Source: Thermoplasmatota archaeon
GTDB lineage: Archaea > Thermoplasmatota > Penumbrarchaeia > JANQNL01
Length of the DNA: 64,000 nucleotides
Direction of reading: 5' to 3'
Assembly: GCA_028279585.1 (NCBI GenBank)
Contig: JANQNL010000123.1
Coordinates: 2,808 to 66,807 of the forward strand
The notes beneath the pieces are model-generated. The model had not been told where the DNA came from, did not search any database, and saw only the letters and a program-made list of their open reading frames with translations. The position numbers and the translations under genes are program-made. This document shows positions 1 to 7,359 of the stretch, piece by piece (within the stretch, counting starts at the first letter, position 1; every line of letters begins with the position of its first letter).

Positions 1-1
1 A

Positions 2-226
2 GAAGAAGCAGCTGAGGAAGAGGCTCCAGCAGAGGAAGAGAAGGCTGAAGAGGAAGCCCCTGCCGAGGAGGAAGCACCCACAGAGGAAAAGGCTCCTGCC
101 GAGGAGGATGACTCAAAGCCCAAGTGCGACTGTGGTGAGACCGCTAGGTACATCGAGAAGTACAAGCGCTGGTATTGCGACAAGTGCAAGAAGTATCTGG
201 CCAAGGACCTTCCACCACCAGAGTGA
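2..226 (+). CDS. 3' end of a CDS entering from upstream (partial). It has an acidic Glu/Ala/Pro-rich low-complexity region followed by a C-terminal CxC...CxxC zinc-ribbon-like motif.
   Basis: Frame 2 is open from the window edge to TGA at 224-226. It reads ...EEAPAEEEAPTEEKAPAEEDDSKPKCDCGETARYIEKYKRWYCDKCKKYLAKDLPPPE*. It is absent from the ORF track because it has no start codon in the window. Confidence 0.5.
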   Translation, partial: EEAAEEEAPAEEEKAEEEAPAEEEAPTEEKAPAEEDDSKPKCDCGETARYIEKYKRWYCDKCKKYLAKDLPPPE

Positions 227-238
227 TCGGTGTAGTAC

Positions 239-1138
239 ATGCCCTTCACGCTTCGTGTTACGCACGAACGTCCGTCCTCACCAGAACAGGACCCTCTACG
301 AGCAGCTGTCCATAAGTTCATAGTTAGAGCTGGCGCTGTAAGTCCAGGGTCCGATCCAACTTTCATGCTCGATCTAGTGTGCGATAGGTTCCTTGCAGAA
401 CCGAAGCGATTCTGGACTGCAGACGAACTCGTCGAGGTCCTGTCCACCAACAAAGTGACCTTGAAGAACAACATGGACAGGCTCCGCGACCTTGACCTCA
501 TCCAGGAGGAGAACATACCTTCTGGTGGCAAGGCCAAGAAAGGCTACAGGTTCAGGTACGGTTCCCTCTCGGATGCTTTCAGGTTCACGATGGTCCATGC
601 GGATATCATCCTTCCTAACTACAGAAAGGATGTGGTTGCTGCGCGAAAGGTCCATCAGGCCAAGGTCCCCGACCATGATGGGGACGAGGCATCAGCAAGA
701 ACGGACAAGACCTACCTTGATGTTGTGATCACCGAGACCACAGCTGATATCGAGGATCCATTGGAGAGGGTTCTCACAGCAATGGGATACCTTTCCTCAT
801 CTGATGGTCCAGGAGCGGACGTCCAGCGACGCTTGATGACCGACGTGTTCCTGGCGCGACCCGAGAAATGGTGGCCAACCGAGGAGCTCGCGGTCCACCT
901 GGACGCAAACCCTAACATGGTCTACAAGCAGCTATCGAGATTACGTTCACTTTATCTTGTCGAGGAAAAGGATGCGGAGGTAGAGGAGGGACATCGTGGA
1001 AAGGCCAAGCGGCTCTACCGCTTGCGATTCAGCAACCTCACCCGAGGTTTCGACTTTCTAGAAGGTAATGCCAGGACCATCATCGACGAGTATCTCGAAG
1101 AGGTCAAGGCAATAGAGGATATAGCTGGTGTGGATTAA
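239..1138 (+). CDS. Putative DNA-binding protein with two tandem winged-helix-like repeats
   Basis: 299-aa ORF with an internal duplication: FLAEPKRFWTADELVEVLSTNKVTLKNNMDRLRDLDLIQEE..KAKKGYRFRYGSLSDAFRF versus FLARPEKWWPTEELAVHLDANPNMVYKQLSRLRSLYLVEEK..KAKRLYRLRFSNLTRGFDF. Each copy has a helix-turn-helix plus basic wing pattern. The true start may lie downstream of 239. Confidence 0.55.
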   Translation: MPFTLRVTHERPSSPEQDPLRAAVHKFIVRAGAVSPGSDPTFMLDLVCDRFLAEPKRFWTADELVEVLSTNKVTLKNNMDRLRDLDLIQEENIPSGGKAKKGYRFRYGSLSDAFRFTMVHADIILPNYRKDVVAARKVHQAKVPDHDGDEASARTDKTYLDVVITETTADIEDPLERVLTAMGYLSSSDGPGADVQRRLMTDVFLARPEKWWPTEELAVHLDANPNMVYKQLSRLRSLYLVEEKDAEVEEGHRGKAKRLYRLRFSNLTRGFDFLEGNARTIIDEYLEEVKAIEDIAGVD

Positions 1139-1167
1139 GGGCACCCATCATATTCGGACGTGGTAAT

Positions 1168-1971
1168 ATGGGACTTATCAAAGGAGAAGTTGACAATCTG
1201 TTGGTTATGGGAAAGAGCGGTGCTGGAAAGCAGCCGCGCATCGATGTTCTGGTTGCCGAGTTCGGACTGGAGCAGCTGTCCACCGGGAACATCTTCCGAG
1301 AGTATCTTGGGCAGTTCAACGCTATCGGTTACGAGGGTGACATGGGTGTCTTCTACGACGAGGGTGCCGGTGAGTTCCTTCCGGACGAGCAGCTTGTCGA
1401 GAAGCTTGGAGATCTCATTACAGGAAAGGACAAGGACGCTGTGCTTCTCGGTCTAAAGGCCAAGTACTTCATCGAGTCCGGCAAGTTCGTTCCAGACTCC
1501 ATCACCAACGCCCTGTTCGAATCGTTCTTTGCTAAGTCTGGGTTCAAGGGCATGGTGCTCGATGGTTACCCAAGGACCAGGGACCAGTCCCAGTTCCTCG
1601 TTGACCTCGTAGCGTCCAAGGGGACGAAGCTCGATGCCATCGTCCTAGTGGACAACGAGGACGAAGCGATCGTCGCAAGGACCATCGGCAGAAGGATCTG
1701 CCCTAACTGCCAGAAGGTCTTCCACATGGAGTTCAAGCCTCCAAAGGATGGAAAGTTGTGCACCGAGTGTGGCACAGCCGTCATCCTGCGCTCCGACGAT
1801 TCAGAGGAGAAGATCAGGTCAAGGCTCCAGGAGTTCCAGGACAAGGCGGTCCCAGCACTGGCGTTCCTCAAGGAGAAGGGAGTTCCTGTTGTAAAGGTAC
1901 CAGGGAACCTCCCGGTCTTCACCGACGAGGCTGTTAGAGCAAGCGTCATGGACGCGCTGGAACAGCTTTAA
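1168..1971 (+). CDS. adk: Adenylate kinase, long form with zinc-binding lid
   Basis: P-loop GKSGAGKQ, then LSTGNIFRE, DGYPRT, and a lid with CPNC...CTECG (four Cys). Length and motif order fit the bacterial-type Adk family. Confidence 0.9.
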   Translation: MGLIKGEVDNLLVMGKSGAGKQPRIDVLVAEFGLEQLSTGNIFREYLGQFNAIGYEGDMGVFYDEGAGEFLPDEQLVEKLGDLITGKDKDAVLLGLKAKYFIESGKFVPDSITNALFESFFAKSGFKGMVLDGYPRTRDQSQFLVDLVASKGTKLDAIVLVDNEDEAIVARTIGRRICPNCQKVFHMEFKPPKDGKLCTECGTAVILRSDDSEEKIRSRLQEFQDKAVPALAFLKEKGVPVVKVPGNLPVFTDEAVRASVMDALEQL

Positions 1972-2741
1972 GGTCGAGGATACTCCGGTGGCCTACGCTG
2001 GTAATTTCGCGGCGGTGGTTGGTAGTAGTTACGACCGTAGTAGTTGCCACGCTGGCCGTAGGCTGAAGGGGGCTGTATCCTTCTGGGAGGACCATGCTCC
2101 TTCCATTCCTTCAGCTTGCCTTTGAATATGACGAAGATGACGATGTTGATGATGATGGCAAGGAACCCGAAGTAGGGGATCATCGCTCCAATGATGGTGG
2201 TGACCAGGACGCCGATGAGGTAAGGTGTGGCCTCGCTCGAGAGGTTCGCTTCCTTTGATCTCTTATAGATCTGGTATGCCACTATTGCACCTGTGATTAT
2301 GGCAACGATGGGGAACATCATCATACATCCGATGACAGCGAACTCCAGAACGAATATCCCTATCATCATTCCCCAAAAGAATGCTGGCATGGGTTCATCG
2401 ACATAGACGCTGGCCGTGGATAATGACCAGGCACCTGTATCGTCCATGACCATCAATGTGACGGTGTATGTACCATATGTGTTGTAGGTGTGGTTCGTGA
2501 TCATACCATGCCCGGCTGTCCCGTCACCGAAATCCCAGCTGTAGTTGAGGTTGCTCCCAGTGGACCTGGATGCATCGAATGTGATGTTATCTCCAATGTA
2601 CGGGTAGCTCGGAGAGTAAGTGAAGTAGGCATTGGGACCCGTTGATGGTGCGGGTGCTGCCTCGCATGGTAGGCAGGCGAGGAGCATCATGAGAAGCAGC
2701 AGCATCGCTGCCGATAGCATCAAGGTCCGGTTCAGACTCAT
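1968..2741 (-). CDS. PKD-domain membrane protein with a polyproline/Tyr/Arg-rich cytoplasmic tail (paralog 1 of 3)
   Basis: Signal peptide MSLNRTLMLSAAMLLLLMMLLACLPCEA, PKD signature FDASRSTGSNLNYSWDFGDGT...YTVTLMVMDDTG, about 4 hydrophobic helices, and tail ...QPPPRNYQRRPPEYPRP. Confidence 0.8.
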   Translation of the reverse strand: MSLNRTLMLSAAMLLLLMMLLACLPCEAAPAPSTGPNAYFTYSPSYPYIGDNITFDASRSTGSNLNYSWDFGDGTAGHGMITNHTYNTYGTYTVTLMVMDDTGAWSLSTASVYVDEPMPAFFWGMMIGIFVLEFAVIGCMMMFPIVAIITGAIVAYQIYKRSKEANLSSEATPYLIGVLVTTIIGAMIPYFGFLAIIINIVIFVIFKGKLKEWKEHGPPRRIQPPSAYGQRGNYYGRNYYQPPPRNYQRRPPEYPRP

Positions 2742-3068
2742 ACTTGACCATCCCCTCAGTTAGTATATGAGGTTTATTGAATATCTTTAGGATTTATATT
2801 TTGGTCGGTGGTGCCCACCTTGAAATATTGATTCATTATGATCTCAAAGTTAGGCGTACCCTAAAGTTAACGTGCGATCGAACTTAAGTTGTCAAATTCT
2901 GGATGTGGTTGTTTTTTGTTAATAGGGGGTATAGCGTACATGCATGGACCAGATCCAGCCTGAGGCTTCACCTGAAGAGTGAATACCACAGGTAGGTGAG
3001 CTGGAAGAAGGTACACCGGAGACCCAGCCTCAGACTGGTGAAGACCTGTTCAACATGTAAAGAAAAAA

Positions 3069-3091
3069 GTGGCCCATTGAATATGGGCCAC
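3069..3091 (-). terminator. Hairpin plus T-tract downstream of the 3110..3889 gene
   Basis: Perfect 9-bp stem GTGGCCCAT (3069-3077) / ATGGGCCAC (3083-3091) with a 5-nt loop. On the minus strand it is followed by TTTTTTCTTT (plus-strand A-run 3058-3068). It lies 19 nt downstream of the stop codon. Confidence 0.4.
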
Positions 3092-3109
3092 ATTGGCTAT
3101 TTATCCAAC

Positions 3110-3889
3110 TCACCTTGGTGGTGGAGGCCTATTTGGAGGCGGTGGTGAGTACTGTGCCCCTGGCTGACCATAAGGCGGTGGTGCTGCAGGATTGTGCCTT
3201 GGAGGAGCAGCCGCCTTCTGTGCTTTCCATTCATCGATCTTTCCTCTTGCAATGAAGAAGATAACGATGTTGATGATGATGGCAATGAGCGAGAAGTATG
3301 TCGAAATGAATCCGATCACACCACAAATGATCACTGCGATTAGGAATGGTAGCAACTTATCATTTACTCCAGCTTCATTTGCCTTGGAGTATAGCTTGAT
3401 GGCTACGACTATAGCAATGATCACATTTCCAGCCATAAGAAGGAACATGCTTCCAAGTATGCATACATAGATCAAACACATTCCACCAAGAACACCAGCA
3501 CTAGCAGCACTTAAGGGTGCGCTTATCGAGATGGTGTCTGTATAGGAGTCAGTATCTCCATCTGCATCTTTCACAACCAACGTTACGATGTAGTCTCCAG
3601 TAGTAAGATAAGAATGTACGACTATCATTCCGTTACCAGAAGTTCCATCTCCAAAATCCCAAGTATAGTTGAGACCAATTCCCGTAGATCGCGATGCATC
3701 GAAGGTTATATCCTCTCCTTCGTCAGGATACCATGGTGAATAGGAGAATGTGGCAGTTGGATCGCCCCTGGTTTCTACGCTCGCGGTCCCCGTTGGGACC
3801 ATCAGTGAAAATGTAGCTAGCGCTACGACTAATGCTAATAGGATTAGCATCACTCTTCCTCTAAACATCCACCGATAGATAATGCCCAC
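3110..3889 (-). CDS. PKD-domain membrane protein with polyproline tail (paralog 2 of 3)
   Basis: FDASRSTGIGLNYTWDFGDGT...YIVTLVVKDADGD, then about 4 TM helices including IAIIINIVIFFIARGKIDEWK, then tail AAPPPYGQPGAQYSPPPPNRPPPPR. Confidence 0.8.
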   Translation of the reverse strand: MGIIYRWMFRGRVMLILLALVVALATFSLMVPTGTASVETRGDPTATFSYSPWYPDEGEDITFDASRSTGIGLNYTWDFGDGTSGNGMIVVHSYLTTGDYIVTLVVKDADGDTDSYTDTISISAPLSAASAGVLGGMCLIYVCILGSMFLLMAGNVIIAIVVAIKLYSKANEAGVNDKLLPFLIAVIICGVIGFISTYFSLIAIIINIVIFFIARGKIDEWKAQKAAAPPRHNPAAPPPYGQPGAQYSPPPPNRPPPPR

Positions 3890-3955
3890 ATCTATTTTAC
3901 TTTTTGCATGTTGATCTCATGGGCCAGTAATTCTTTGTCCAAATTTATTATTAAA

Positions 3956-4723
3956 TCAGTTACGCCGTGGTGGTGGTGGCCTGTTCGGCGGTGGTGGACG
4001 TGCATGAGTACCCTGTGGGGGATAGCCCGGTGGTGGAGGTCTGGGACCTGTTGGTTTCATCGTAGCGACCTTGCCGCTGGCGATCTTGTAGACCACGATG
4101 TTCACAATGAACGCGATTATCGAAAGGTACGGCTGGATGAATCCTAACACGGTCACAATGATCATGATAACGATGAATGGCGTGATCTGACCAGAGACAC
4201 CTTTTGAGCTCGCACTCGAAACGAGTTTGACTAAAAGTATGATCCCAACTATGGCTTGTATCCACATGAAAGCCACCATGATGATGACGATGATGATCAT
4301 GCAGATGTAGATGAGGAAGAAGATACCGACGAATGCCAAGCCAGCACCCGCTGCAGCAGCACCGACAGCAGGGTCGTTGACTGTGATGTCCTTGGAATAA
4401 GTGTCAGTGTCACTCTCATCATCGGTTCCCGTTAGTGTGACAGTGTATGTTCCAGCCGAGGAGAACGAGTGGGTCACTTCCTCTCCAGTCGCAGTACTAC
4501 CATCTCCAAAATCCCATGTGCATACGACATTGTCACCGGTGACACTGGCTTTGAAAGTAATTGTCTCACCGATGTCTGGATAGGGGGGAGAGTGGGTGTA
4601 TGAAACATAAACGAATCCTCTAGTGGGTAGTTCCTCTTCTTCTTGGGCAGGAACAAGGGGGAGTATGAGTGAGAGAGCTATCGCAAGGATGAATCCGAAA
4701 AGGATCACTCGGTTCCTCAACAT
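3956..4723 (-). CDS. PKD-domain membrane protein with polyproline tail (paralog 3 of 3)
   Basis: The ORF is open to 4810, but the signal peptide begins at M30 (MLRNRVILFGFILAIALSLIL, nt 4723). Contains CTWDFGDGSTATGEEVTHSFSSAGTYTVTLTGTDD, TM helices, and tail RPPPPGYPPQGTHARPPPPNRPPPPRRN. Confidence 0.8.
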   Translation of the reverse strand: MLRNRVILFGFILAIALSLILPLVPAQEEEELPTRGFVYVSYTHSPPYPDIGETITFKASVTGDNVVCTWDFGDGSTATGEEVTHSFSSAGTYTVTLTGTDDESDTDTYSKDITVNDPAVGAAAAGAGLAFVGIFFLIYICMIIIVIIMVAFMWIQAIVGIILLVKLVSSASSKGVSGQITPFIVIMIIVTVLGFIQPYLSIIAFIVNIVVYKIASGKVATMKPTGPRPPPPGYPPQGTHARPPPPNRPPPPRRN

Positions 4724-4808
4724 CGATAAGACATTCCAGTTGTGCTCTTTAACCTTTGCTGTAGCTTCAAGACGCAACCCTTTTGACCCCTGGCGGCAAT
4801 CCACATGC

Positions 4809-5750
4809 ATGTTCGGGTACCAGAACCTCGACTACGACTTCCCCCCATACAGACCACCCAACGAATCAGGTTCAGCTCTCATCCGGGCCACTAGAGGTTG
4901 TCCCTGGAACCGCTGCCAGTTCTGCACGATGTACAAGGACATGAAGTTCGAGTCAAAGTCCGTGGAGGAGACCTTCGATGATATCGAAATGGCTGCAAAG
5001 ATCTATGCCAACTGTGATACCATCTTCTTGGCAGACTCTGACTCCCTTGTGACGAAGGACATCGATAAGGTCATTCGCAGGATCCGCTTGAAGCTCCCAT
5101 GGGCCAAGAGGCTCACATCCTACGCCCGTGCCCGAACACTCCGCAAGCTCGGCCTGAAGCGCCTTAAGAAGATCAAGGAGGCAGGGCTGGACAGGGTCCA
5201 CATCGGTCTTGAGTCCGGTGACGATCAGACCTTGGAGTTCATGGACAAGGGTGCGACCGCCCAGGAGATGATCGCAGGGGGAAAGCTTGCCAAGGAGGCA
5301 GGCCTGGAGGTCTCGTTCTACATCCTCATCGGCGCGGGAGGGCCGCAGAGGCTCGAGGAGCATGCCAAGGGATCGGCCATGGTCTGCAACGAGGTCAACC
5401 CCGACTTCATCCGCCTCCGAACCCTTATCGTCCAGAAGGGCTCGCTGCTTGACAAAAGGCGCAAGGCTGGGGAGTACACCGTTACCTCGCCCATGGAGAA
5501 GCTCAAGGAGGTCAGGTTGTTCCTTCAGGACCTGGAGGTGGAGGACACGGAGTTCGCCTCGGACCATCACACGAACAACATCTGGATCGACGGCGACCCG
5601 ATCTATCGAGGGATCTACGGGCACTTGCCCGAGGACAAGAAGAAGATGTTGGCGGTGTTGGATAATGCGATATGGGCGATCGACTCGACGGACGGGGAGG
5701 TTTTGGATGCTACGATCTTGTATGATCGGGGGTTCATTCGGGGGTTGTAG
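4809..5750 (+). CDS. Radical SAM domain protein (Elp3-type domain, unknown substrate)
   Basis: Cys cluster RGCPWNRCQFCTMY, then GLESGDDQTLEFMDKG and a TIM-barrel-like pattern. The start is set at ATG 4809 (MFGYQN...) because the upstream part of ORF 4623.. overlaps the divergent paralog-3 gene. Confidence 0.8.
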   Translation: MFGYQNLDYDFPPYRPPNESGSALIRATRGCPWNRCQFCTMYKDMKFESKSVEETFDDIEMAAKIYANCDTIFLADSDSLVTKDIDKVIRRIRLKLPWAKRLTSYARARTLRKLGLKRLKKIKEAGLDRVHIGLESGDDQTLEFMDKGATAQEMIAGGKLAKEAGLEVSFYILIGAGGPQRLEEHAKGSAMVCNEVNPDFIRLRTLIVQKGSLLDKRRKAGEYTVTSPMEKLKEVRLFLQDLEVEDTEFASDHHTNNIWIDGDPIYRGIYGHLPEDKKKMLAVLDNAIWAIDSTDGEVLDATILYDRGFIRGL

Positions 5751-7101
5751 ATGGAGGCTCGTTCAAAGGGTTCAATCCATTTTTCTCATCTAACCAACTT
5801 ATAATATCCACAACCTCAACATCCTCTGGAACAACAATATCTCGGCCTATGTCTCCAATGATCAATTTCTTACTGACCCCTTTCATTGTCTTCGCAGCCG
5901 TTTCTATGGACCGAAGTTCTCGGTTCAGAGTCTGTTCTTTGCTTGGATCCCAAGAAACTTGTATGATCTCTATTGGAGTCATCCCATCGGTTATGATAAA
6001 ATCCACCTCAAGGCCTTTTTCTCCTTTCCAGTAATAGATCCGATCCCTTCCATATCTACGGAGAAGTTCCATGAAAACGACATTCTCGAGCAAGACTCCT
6101 ATGTTCTCATCCATTCGAGGCAAGGATGCAACCAATATTCCTGTATCTACACAGTATACTTTTTTTGGATACTGCATCCGATCTTTGATAGTGTAGGAGA
6201 ATATCTCAACCTTTTCGATCAATAAGGAGCTCTGCATATGATCTATGAAATCGTTGATAGTGGCGGTCGAAACACTATGACCCAAACTTTTCATGGTGTT
6301 TGTGATTTTATGAACACTTATATATGAGCCACAGGAACTCATTACCAATGCCACCGCGCGCTTCAAAGTGTCAACTTTCCGAACACCATGTCTTGTGGCA
6401 ATATCTCGTATAACAACCGAATTATAGAGATCTTTCAAATATTCCTTCGCAAGATCTGAGTTCGGTGAGGTCACAACTCTTGGAAATCCTCCCAAGAGCA
6501 AATATGATGCAAGTTCCGGCCTAATGATCAATGGATGGTTGTGAATGAGGGGGTCGTTCACAGTTAGGAATTCTCCCAGCTCTTTGTATGAGAGGGGATA
6601 CACTCGGACATCCATGAATCGCCCGGCCAATACTGTTGATAAATGGCCGGACATCATTGACGAGGAGGACCCGGTCACGATTATCGAAACATCTGCCTGA
6701 GTTTCTAACATCCTTCTGACCCAACGTTCCCAACCTTCGACGTTCTGTATCTCATCGAGAACAATGAACGCTCTTTTGTCAGTATTGATAAAATGTCTAT
6801 AGGCTTCATAGATCTCAGTTATCAGGTCAACTCCTATGTCCAGCTGGAAGGCGGGATCTTCGAAATTGATATAGAGAGTTTGAGAATTCTCAGCACCATT
6901 GTCTACGATCGATCTTAAGACCTGGCGGGTGATATAGGTCTTACCTGAACGTCGCACTCCGGTAACACTTACTACAACGTCTTCCATTTTGAGATAATCT
7001 GTGATCTTTGAGACATAGAACGGTCTCTGAATACCAGTATTCAGGTCTTTTCCCCAAAGATTGTATTCTCGAATAGTATCAAGGTATTCTGCAAATATCA
7101 T
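5734..7101 (-). CDS. AAA+ ATPase of the COG1373/DUF4143 type with a C-terminal PD-(D/E)xK-like motif
   Basis: Walker A GVRRSGKTY, Walker B FIVLDEIQ, and the C-terminal IYYWKGEKGLEVDFIITDG motif typical of this family's nuclease-fold domain. GC is lower than in the neighbours. Confidence 0.8.
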   Translation of the reverse strand: MIFAEYLDTIREYNLWGKDLNTGIQRPFYVSKITDYLKMEDVVVSVTGVRRSGKTYITRQVLRSIVDNGAENSQTLYINFEDPAFQLDIGVDLITEIYEAYRHFINTDKRAFIVLDEIQNVEGWERWVRRMLETQADVSIIVTGSSSSMMSGHLSTVLAGRFMDVRVYPLSYKELGEFLTVNDPLIHNHPLIIRPELASYLLLGGFPRVVTSPNSDLAKEYLKDLYNSVVIRDIATRHGVRKVDTLKRAVALVMSSCGSYISVHKITNTMKSLGHSVSTATINDFIDHMQSSLLIEKVEIFSYTIKDRMQYPKKVYCVDTGILVASLPRMDENIGVLLENVVFMELLRRYGRDRIYYWKGEKGLEVDFIITDGMTPIEIIQVSWDPSKEQTLNRELRSIETAAKTMKGVSKKLIIGDIGRDIVVPEDVEVVDIISWLDEKNGLNPLNEPPSTTPE

Positions 7102-7106
7102 TCAGT

Positions 7107-7153
7107 ATACTAAACGATTTCACCACATAAATAGTTTAGCATACTAAACGATT
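7107..7153. repeat. 13-bp direct repeat ATACTAAACGATT x2 in the ATPase upstream region
   Basis: Identical copies at 7107-7119 and 7141-7153 (34-bp period), immediately upstream of the ATPase start at 7101. Possible operator or promoter element. Confidence 0.35.
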
Positions 7154-7359
7154 CCGACAAAATCTCACTAAAGATATGCTCTTCGATGTCCGACACTTGT
7201 TCATCCGGCACATTATTATTTTTTTGTAATATTGTATGGACAAATTTCCGACAAAAAACGTTAATATCCAAAATTTTGGCAAAATGTATATGTCAACAAA
7301 CGCATGTATTATTACAAAATACGAAACCAAAGGCATCTTCAAGCCTTTAGGGGGGAGCA

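Noticed and set aside
2944-3060. 38-codon plus-strand acidic ORF (MDQIQPEASPEE-TGA-IPQVGELEEGTPETQPQTGEDLFNM) with an in-frame TGA, in the 368-bp gap between PKD paralogs 1 and 2
   Set aside because: It is too short and low-complexity. An in-frame stop would require recoding, for which there is no supporting signal. It is probably chance.
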